Positions 54,801 to 64,000 of a DNA stretch of 64,000 nt are shown here, in pieces. The first letter of the stretch is position 1. Each line of letters opens with the position of its first letter. The DNA comes from Balanoglossus misakiensis. Lineage: Eukaryota; Animalia; Hemichordata. The stretch spans positions 10,420,296 through 10,484,295 of the forward strand of contig CM082594.2 in the NCBI GenBank assembly GCA_040954595.2, written 5' to 3'. The position numbers and the translations under genes are program-made. The notes below the pieces were generated by a model. It was not told the DNA's origin, did no database searches, and saw nothing but the letters and a program-made list of their open reading frames with translations.

Positions 54801-57800
54801 ATCTTTACTTGTCTCGATCCTGTCGCAAACCACTTGTGTTGGTTGCAGCGTGATTTGCACAGATGTTTTTTATCTTGTCCGGAGTTCTCACTTTAGGTGG
54901 TTGAACTTTGACCCCCTCACAGTGCGAGCCGCTTGAGAACACAGCTGCCTGACGGGCATGTTTCTGTTTTCAATCTGCATTCAACGTGTCTGCCTCAAGT
55001 TGATCGACCTCAGCTCTCCACCCCAGACCGAACGATACATCATGTAATTGAGGAAAAACAAAGCTCGCTTTTTAGACACCCACTTGAAGACGTAGTCCCT
55101 TCCAGATGTGCTCTTTCAACCCATCCCTCCCCTCACAGCCTGTGGCACAGTCAAACCCACCACTGTATAACAATGGGATCATTCCATTATGCAGGAGAAT
55201 CAGAGGGGACAGGGTTAAAAGGGTCAGTGTTTCCCCGCAGAGTAACAAACAGCTAGATGTTTTTCTGCCCTTTCGTTAAAAGTTCCCACGTTCAAACCTT
55301 CGCCCCTTTGCCAGGTTATTTCTGCTCAAAACAAAATCTGAGGCATTATGTAAAATTATATATAATAGCATCTGTTGATGATACGAGATAATCACATATC
55401 ATTTCCTCAAGGAGGTAATGTTATCTGATAAAAGCTGGTTATGTTTAATTGCCGATGCCTGCCAATTGATCAAATCGTTGAAAGACATGAACCTTGTGAA
55501 TTTGCTTGAGGGCTTGCAAGCATCCCTTTGTCGATGGTGGGTGCATAGATAGAAATGAAACAGATATCGTAATCGATACAAATCCTGACATGTATCGGTC
55601 TTCCGTATCGCAGCTGATAAGACATGTATCTACCTGATTACCATATTACTATTTTGCGTTGTCGTGTTTTGAGTATCAATCTCCCTAACAGGCACACCCC
55701 CCGTAAATTTGGCCTGCTGCAAAAATTGCAATGTAATATTTTCTAACTTGCTGACATCACCTGTTATTTTTAGATTTTAATGGAAATTGATCGCGGTGCC
55801 CCGTCTTCGGTGGGGGCAAGCATGATGAGGAAGCGTAAAATTCACTTAAAGAGATTTCTAGATAAGAATTCGATGATAATCAGTTGGGGGCAAAGGTCAA
55901 CCACTCTCATCTGATGGGTTGGTGTAAAGTATATGTCCGTCTTGAAAGAAGCTCTGGCAGAATTTTAGCATAATTGATCTCAGCGAAGGAAATAGCTGCT
56001 TTGGTGGCTCCGAGCCATTAACTTCGCAAATGGATTTTGCAAGTCTTTGCCACACACAGAATTTGCATTGAGAAATCTGTGTGCATGAAATTCTGGAATT
56101 CTTTGTAAAATGCGAGTTTTTTTTCATTCATTTCTTGGCACAACTGATCAGAATTCATCAAAGAAAACTTTCCCCCGCTAGCACTGCTAGGGCTAACTGA
56201 AACTTTATAAAGGATAAATTTGATTCTAAATATCTGCATTTCTATTAGTCAGGATGTTTTCGTCATTTCAACAAAAATGGATAGTCTCTATATAATTTCA
56301 TGGCATGAACAAATGTTATCCTTTTGTGTATTCCAAACATGTGTAGCACAAAACAAAGACACATTCTGTTTAAACGTGTTTGCCAGAAAAAAGCGATAAT
56401 TTGAAACGTGATAAATCGTCTATCGCTGGAGTCTCGACTTTCACCCCTGATATAGCTACATATGATCCATCAATGACAAGATTTGTGGCACGTACGATGA
56501 ACTGTCATTGGAATATTTATATGTCATTGCGTACATACAGGAAGCATGATGTACAGTGTTAAACGTTGCCAATATTTCAGCTTATTTAAGCGCACAAAGT
56601 AGAAAGAAAATAAATCACATTTCAAAAATAAACAAGATATGTCAACCTTTTGCTTTGTGGTGAAAGGTGAAATATCTTCACTTTGTCATAACATTATTAT
56701 AGCACAAAACCTGTAAAAGCAATTTACATCTTGAACTTTAAAACCAATATTGTTTTAGCAATTATAGTTTTTACGGAATACTACCCACAAAGCCATGTGC
56801 ATAATCAGAAAAACAAACATTTATACTTTTAATAAAACAATCAATAACCATAAAAATAGTTGGCCAATGGATTTGAAGCCGACTATAGACTACAATGTTG
56901 AGCCAATATCAAAACATCATACTAGTGGATAATATCTCTCATTTTTTCATGCTATGTTATTTGAGATCTGGCGAATAATTTCGAAAAGTGGATATGTACA
57001 ACCCTGCTCCCGCCAGCAGCATTGAATACTTGCAAGTTTTGCATATAATTATGCCCGCTGAGAATAACCATCAAAAAGTAATATGAGTTAGACTAAGAGT
57101 GATGGCGTCCCATTACTTAGACACTAGCTGTGTTTGCCCTTTACTTGTGTTAACATTTCGCACAAATCTTGACGTAATCAAAATTCATACAATCAAAATT
57201 AGTTTTATACAACTTTCAATGCAGTCCTAATGATTTGTTTTCTGTTTCCTTTGAAGATAATTGCAACATTTCAACAGAGAGTAATGAGAAATGGGTTTTA
57301 TGTTCTGCGTTTTTCACTCAGGATGTTGCTGTCATGTACGCCTGTGGTGCAGCAAATAAATGGCCAGGCATTGCCTGTTCTCCGATATTTGATTAGTGCG
57401 ACAGGGAGTACCTTGTGCAGGGTCTCCGGAGAGCTGGGCAGCTTAATAAACACAGCGTGCTCCCTAGGGGCAACGTTCTGATACAAATTATACCGTTTAG
57501 CTTCTATTAGCAGCTAGCTGAGGTAGCGGTGCCCTTTTGGCAGCGATCAGTCAATATGCGAACAGAGTGGGTTGGAAAATGTTGTTCGGATTCTGATGAG
57601 GGGGGTCTGTGTGCATGTGAAAGTGAGAGAGAAAGAGAGAGAACGGCCATATCCGTATTAAAAATGGACACCATCGTCAAGGAAACACACATCATAACAG
57701 TACAATCAATAATCTAAATGTCATTATTATAACTTGTAAGTTGTCCAAATTGTAGATGGAGTGCTTCATTAAGAATTACACACAGCAGAAAATATGCCAG

Positions 57801-58542
57801 GAGGATTAAGGGATTTTTTTAATTCCATGCTCACTTTTAATATTCATTAGTTGGCACAATAAAATGCTGAAAGTTATGTAAATATTGATTTTTAAGCATC
57901 AGTTTGGGATAATTGTGAGTATTAAGTCGCTATTATTTCTGTACAGCTGCACAGAACGCAGCAATACCAGTATTACAGTAAATATCGGTTTATCATCTGC
58001 GCCGAGAGATCGCTGTCACTATGATCTTCCAATCAGTTTGCGTCGTAATTTACATAAAAATCGCATCAGAGTTCATCTCGAGTGCTACACATGCATTTGC
58101 ATCCTCTCTTTGCAAACCTGCAACAGCGATGTGATTCGGAGGAATTTGGACCATTTACATTTCAACGAGGGATGTTTTCTTTTGTGTGCGTGTGTGTGTA
58201 CGCTCAAATTAGTGGTCATTCAACCCTGTCGGCGTTGAAGTGGACGATTTCGACACCAAGCGCAACCCCCACGGAACTGTGTCTCTTTGAACTAATTCAT
58301 GAGTCTTTCTCGGGAAAAGTAAGGTATATTCATGTCTGATTGTCTCTCTTTGTTCGGACGGGAACTGATTTTCCCAAGGATTGATTAGGGGTGTTAATTG
58401 ACATCTTTGAAGGGAAGAAAGAAATCTGTAGTTGAGTGATTTTTTTGGGGGGGGGGGTTGAAAAACCTTTCCAGTAGTAGTGTTTGCAGATTTCAACCTC
58501 TTTTCACATGTCTGTTACCGTGGGATACCGTTCTGATGATGG

Positions 58543-58617
<75 letters not shown>

Positions 58618-61600
58618 CAAAAATGTGTGCATACATGTTTAAATGCTGAAACAACATCAGTAACAATTTAAACATCATCCTTGACATGTCTCCACTCATG
58701 TGTTCAATGCAAAACAACGCAGACGAATAAGAAAGGGACACTGGTGCAATTTATTGGCTATTTTTAAGCGGTTCCCTCCCTAGGTCAATTTTCTTGCCAT
58801 CATTTGGCAAACGAAGTCTCTCCTTTGTTGTTTTTATCTCTGTGCCTCTGACAGTCGTCGCATTTTTTTCATCTTCGACTGTTTTGTCCACGAGAAGACG
58901 GTTGGAGGGCCAAACGTAGACTTCAGTTTGAAGTATAAACATGTTATTGTGTGATCTCCATTCCAACATTTGCATGGCAAAGTGTCACCGGTGGCGGTAT
59001 TGATGCCGAGCAGAATTCCTAATGATGTTACACAATTTGACTTGACTGCAGTCAGCTCGGATTCATCCCGGAATCCCGGAGCTTCTTCCAATCGTCTCAG
59101 TCAAATGCCGGCGATAAAATTAATCTCATGAAAGTACCCGGTAAGTGGCATTATGGGATGGCAGTTCCCTTTCTTGTCGTTTCGAGTTAGAACAGCTGAT
59201 TGATCGTGTGCGGTTGAAAAGACCGTGTAATCGGAATTTGCCACTGATAGTCGTTTTTGGGCCAGTTCCACTTGATTGGTGAAGGTATGTAGAAAGTAAA
59301 CTAATTGTCTCTTCCCCGCAATTGTTTGTGATTCTGGTCTCTGACAGTCCCAAGGTACAGTGCTTTGTGGTGACGAACAGCTCTGATTACACGTCAGAGA
59401 ATTTCTAAAGGTTTTTAAAGAGCTGTTGAAAAAACATTGCATAATGTGTTATTTGAAAGAATTAAGATGGTTAGGAAAGGGAGGGAGTTTGGATTTTTTT
59501 GAGTGCGTTGAAACTTTCGCTGATGTTGAGGTTTGTTCAGAAACAGGTGTGTTTGCTGATTGCAAGGTGGAGGGAAGATTTGTTGACAAACTTCAGGTAC
59601 ATATTGTAATGGCTTTTCGGTACGTTTGTGATCCAAATGGCTGATTTGTGCTGAGGGGGAAAACAGTAGGAAACCCATGTTTCCATAGATACACAAAAAA
59701 CTAAATGCATTTTTTTTTAGTTCTTCCTTGAAGTATGTAGGCAAAACCCATCATGTGTTATCATATCACCCCTGCTATAGAGCAAGCTTTTCTGTGCTAC
59801 CTGCCTCGAAATATCAATAACCGATGAACACCAGGCTATCTCTTGAAAGATCTTCTGTAATCTGATTATATCAGGTACAATTACATAAGTTACACCCGCT
59901 GCCTGATAATTGTCACCAGCTGGGTTTTATAATTGGAACTAATTGAATGAATTTCATAAAAGCAGAAGAACGCAGACATTTTAATATGACACTCAGTATA
60001 ATGTGCCATTTATCATGTACCTTGTAAGTGGGAAAAAAAGCCAACAAGACTGATGCATCATTTCTATTTGGATTTCTGAAAAGATTATTGTCATGGCAAC
60101 AAAGCTGTTTTTTTTTTCAATAACTCTCGCTGCTTCCTTAAAAAGGAAACCGATAAAATGAAGGATTACCTGAGGCGATGTCTTGAGGTTTCAGTGTTTT
60201 GTTTAGAAGAGGAAATTGGGTTTATTCTCTCTGTCTGTGAATAATTTCTTCCATACTGAGACGGTTCTCATCAGTTGGATGTTGGCAAAAAAAATTGTCT
60301 AGACCTCAAATCACAGTATTGTTATGTAACAGTTTAATACACGAAATAATGTGATGTCTGTGAGATATTGTAATGTGCCATTAAGCAATGACAGACAAAA
60401 ATGCCATCAAAGTCGATTTATAAGAGTGCAATACTCCGAGTACTGCAACTCGCTGAAGTTGAAGTCAAAATGTTTGACTTCCACACCAGCCATTTCATGG
60501 GTTACATGAAATATTAATCTATTTTGTTTTCAATCGCACTTTTCCACAGATCAACTTTCATTGCAGTCTCAAAACGAATACAACACGTAAACACTCTGAA
60601 ATGGAGAGGAGTTGATCTCGGATAATTCCGTGCCATTGGCAGCTCTGATTAAAACTGAATAATTTATCGACAAGTAGCGTACAATATATCCAGTGCATGA
60701 TTTTCAGCATAGTGGTGTGATATGCAGTCTGATGCTGTAGAAGTGATAACCTTGAAATTAATCACCTGAGCCAGTTTTTCTCTGCGACAAGAACAAGCAT
60801 TAAACTTCATGCATCATTTGCTATGTCTATGGTCTGATATACAAAGATGTATAAAGTGTGTCCACTTTGGTTGTTGAAACAATTCACAGCTTGTGTCTAA
60901 TTCAGCAGTATTGGTGACTACATGTTAGGGTTCTGCCAACAAGACAATTTCCTTCCGGAGTGTGAAAAAAACAAGACATCCAAAACAGGAAAACAAGCAA
61001 AAACCGGCAGGGTAGTCACTATGCGCGACCTGCTGTGAACTTTCAAGGTCGACACTGAGTGATGGATTTTGACATAATATGTTCACCTTTTAAAATCAGT
61101 GATGCAGTGTATGAATATTGCGATGATTCTTTTTTTAGTTCATCTCCAGAGTTCAAGGCCTTTAAATCTGCTGGTGCAGTCAGGTGACGTCGGTCGGAAA
61201 AGTCAAAGCGTGCGAGTTGATTGAAACAGTCCCGACACATCGATAAAAATTAAAGAATAGATTGCAGCCTTATATGAAAGCGAGTTATGTGTATTTATTG
61301 TGTGACTCGAGCCGTTTCCAATCAATCCTCGAAATGTAAATGTGGCACTCACATAATATTCCTTGTAAAAGGACAGTGTACTGTAGATTTCTCACATTTT
61401 TCGTTCTATATGAAAAAACATCTCTCTCTTTCAGTGACTGTAACCTTCTCAAAACATGTACTCCAAGCTGGATCAAATGTTCACAGAGAAAAAAGATTCA
61501 AAGCTTTTGAACACTCCGCTTTTACTTTCAAGAGTGAGAAAGGCATCCACTCACACAACTAGTAATTTACTCTGTACTTTGCAGCACATAGATAGCTTAT

Positions 61601-64000
61601 TTCGCCATCTTTTGTTGCGGCGCAGACAGAGTAATGTAATTGCTAGGCGCTGCCGGGCAAACTGTCTGTGACTTAGAGCTAATGCGCTCACTTCCTCAAA
61701 CACTGCAGGAAAAATACTGTCTGTTTAACCGTCTAAAGATGGATGTAGTCGGAATCAGGGCTGCGATTGAAATGCTTTCAAAAAACCACTGTGTGTGCCT
61801 TGTGAAAATTAGCTGACGTCAACTTCAGGACAATGCGGGTAATTGTCACGACTGCTGCTGGGGATGTGTATTCCGCAGGAAAAACATTTTATTTGACCTC
61901 CTGATTTATACTGTGTAGTTGGTCAGTTGGGACCTTTTTATATTGTACCATAAATTCCTCACATGACCCTAAAGGCTGAATAATGTATTCTATATGGAAA
62001 ACTACTACAAATCTTGTTATTTTTAGAACTCTAGCAAAAAAGTAATATATAAATTTTGAATGGTTATCTCATAAAATAGAGGGAATTTCGTCACCTCATT
62101 AGTCACGAAATTGTGCTGCCACAATCTTTAACCTATATTATTTTAAGTGGATAATTGTTCATGTTCGTAAATCATCATGAGATGACAGGGTTTCAGATTT
62201 CGGTTATGTGTGTGTGTGTGGTTGGTACATCCATAGAAAAAATGGAAGGGTTAAACACAGATTCAAAGTTTATCTCTTTTCTTCTTTTATTTTATTTACA
62301 GATCGGTGCTAATGAAACAAGTGGATTAGAAAGCTGCCAGTCCCCAATAACTCCAAGCGAAAACTACTGCCGGATTTATGTGAACCCCGTAAGTGTGGAA
62401 AACTTCTCCCGAGAGGGGCGTAACTCAGGAATCAACGTGACGCCTGCAATGCAACGGTATACATGTATATCGGACAGAAATGCCCGAAAACAGTCTCTGA
62501 CGGACAGCTTGCCAAAAAAGAAAATTTACCCAACAGGAAAGTACGAACTGGAGGTGCGCGCTGTACGTCATATATTAGCGTCAGCGCCCATGCAGTACCG
62601 ACACAGCACGTGCTCCGACCAAGAAAACAACAATTTGCAATCCGCTCATACGACAGCAGGTGACCGCAGCAGTGGAAAATTTTCAGACATTTCAAAATCC
62701 CGGGACTCCATGGCAAGTTCTACCTTTTCCAATCCAGTTTTCGCCGAAGTCAGCAGTATACCGTGTGCAATAGGAGAAACTGCAATTGATAACTACGTCT
62801 CGTCGAGAGAGAGTATGATGAAATGCGAGCAGAAGTCACAGCAGGTGCCGCGAGACCGCTCTAATAGTTGCGATCCGACAGTCGAACTGCATCACGAGAA
62901 GTCAACAGGGAAAAATATGCGAATCCCTGTAACAGTGAAAACATACAACATCAATGCAGACGGGCATCCCTCATCAACCAGGAGCTTTCAGAGCATCACA
63001 GCGTCCATCTCATCGGACAGTGACTCATACGATGAGTATGTGAGTGGGGATCAAAGTAAAAGTTATCCCAGGACTAAAAAGCAGAGACGTCGAGAGAGAC
63101 ACGCCCAGCGGCGACGGGTGCGTAGGAACTCAGACAATACCCAACTTTCGTTGTCTTGTGCGAGTTCCAATAACCCAGACTCGGATGGAACCAGAGTGAC
63201 TCACCCACACAGACATTCACACCACAACTCTAGTCATTCTATATCCAGTCTCAGTTCCAAACCGACCAATTCTCTGCACTCGAGTTTCAAGTCGGTCGAC
63301 GTCTCCAGTCCTGCCCGGCTTTCACTATGCTCGACCTCGAGCAAAAGCCGAAACTCGATTAATTCTATCAACAGCACTGCCAACAGCAAAGAGGCTCTCT
63401 CGTCAGCAAGGAGGGTGAAACAGAACGAAGAGGCGACAGGAGGGATTGAGGAGAGACCGCCCCGACCGAACTCGCTGGAAATACGACCAGTTCACAACCT
63501 GCCAGACCCTGAAATGAGGCGAATGTCCATGATGGTTAAGAAGGAATCGCTGATGAAAGAACTACATCCCGCGGAGATTAAGAGAAGGTACATTTCGTGC
63601 GAGAAAGCTCCACCCGTCGCTGAAGGGGCCAACAAATCTGCTGCCAGTGCCAACAAGCATGTCACCAAACGCAAAGGCAAGTCTAAAGTGCGGCCAAAGT
63701 CGCTGGCTGATTTCAAATCCTTCAAGGAAGCAAAGGTCTTGGTGGCCAAGTTTATCGAGCAGTCGAACGGGAGCGTTTCACCCGCCGTGAAGAGTGTGCT
63801 GGAAAACATCCAGGCGGTCATCAAGTCAGACGAGAAGCACATGGCTGAGGCTATACACAGCGCCAATGTGCTGGGACAGTACACGACACAGCCTGCTTCA
63901 TCGCAGGTCAATGCGAAGCCGTCGGATGCAGCAGCGCACGGCGGAGGCAGCAGTGCCAAAGAAGCCATGTACAGGAGTACCACCAGCCTGGGCAGTAGAC
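30860..64000 (+). CDS. ENTREP2: ENTREP/FAM189 family (CD20-like four-TM N-terminus, PPxY motifs), 3' end outside window; join(30860..31060,45538..45594,51555..51896,53121..53414,62302..>64000)
   Basis: Exons 1-2 give [59 protein letters not shown], closely matching the FAM189A1 N-terminus as I recall it. Exon 3 has a Cys-rich loop (CLCC) between TMs. Exon 4 has FTPPVPPPPY, PPEY and ELPPPY. Exon 5 has RPKSLADFK..KEAKVLVAKF..QS and IKSDEKHMAEAI, a FAM189A2-like C-terminal block. All introns are phase 0 GT-AG. Probably co-orthologous to vertebrate ENTREP1-3. Confidence 0.9.
39629..39727. repeat. (GAT)n/(CAT)n microsatellites including a perfect 46-bp palindrome (39632-39677)
   Basis: The GAT run switches to a CAT run at a central GATC; a further CAT run lies at ~39698-39727. 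Confidence 0.95.
53463..53491. promoter_or_regulatory. Tandem RFX X-box-like motifs just downstream of ENTREP exon 4
   Basis: ATTTCCATGGCAAC (53463-53476) and GTTGTCATGGATAC (53478-53491), 1 bp apart, resemble the RFX consensus GTTNCCATGGNAAC. Confidence 0.5.
58534..58617. repeat. (ATG)n microsatellite, ~28 units
   Basis: Directly visible; intronic in ENTREP. It explains the poly-Met and poly-Ile ORFs in the track. Confidence 0.98.

Noticed and set aside
58458-59744. Cluster of short ORFs including poly-Met and poly-Ile
   Set aside because: Microsatellite translations and chance ORFs; no coherent gene model.
63492-63983. 163-aa minus-strand ORF
   Set aside because: Antisense shadow of the real plus-strand ENTREP exon.
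1-64000. tRNA, rRNA, autonomous transposon or viral genes
   Set aside because: I recognised no cloverleaf, rRNA, transposase, reverse transcriptase or viral signatures by eye. Infernal/Rfam and RepeatMasker would be needed to exclude small or decayed ones.

Overview
This is eukaryotic, intron-rich, AT-rich genomic DNA with no prokaryotic features. It is most likely from a marine invertebrate animal (inference from compact GT-AG introns and mosaic CpG depletion). By manually splicing exons and checking phase I reconstruct six protein-coding genes: (1) a 2-exon rhodopsin-family GPCR with melatonin-receptor-like features (+, 2716-6849, ~462 aa); (2) an unrecognised type II single-pass mucin-like protein (-, 8594-11851, ~182 aa); (3) NEMP/TMEM194 (+, 13700-16144, ~440 aa); (4) NCAPG2 (-, 16828-23407, 25 coding exons, ~1175 aa); (5) DNPEP aspartyl aminopeptidase (+, 23855-29592, ~468 aa); (6) an ENTREP/FAM189 CD20-like gene with very long introns (+, 30860 to beyond the window end). 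Its 1.7 kb last visible exon is missing from the ORF track. Non-coding features include two small TIR elements with target-site duplications, microsatellites (one forming a perfect palindrome), a bidirectional promoter and many RFX X-box-like motifs. I found no clear new multi-gene system. The best leads are the orphan mucin-like gene, an in-frame uORF and a possible alternative acceptor in ENTREP, and the X-box cluster.
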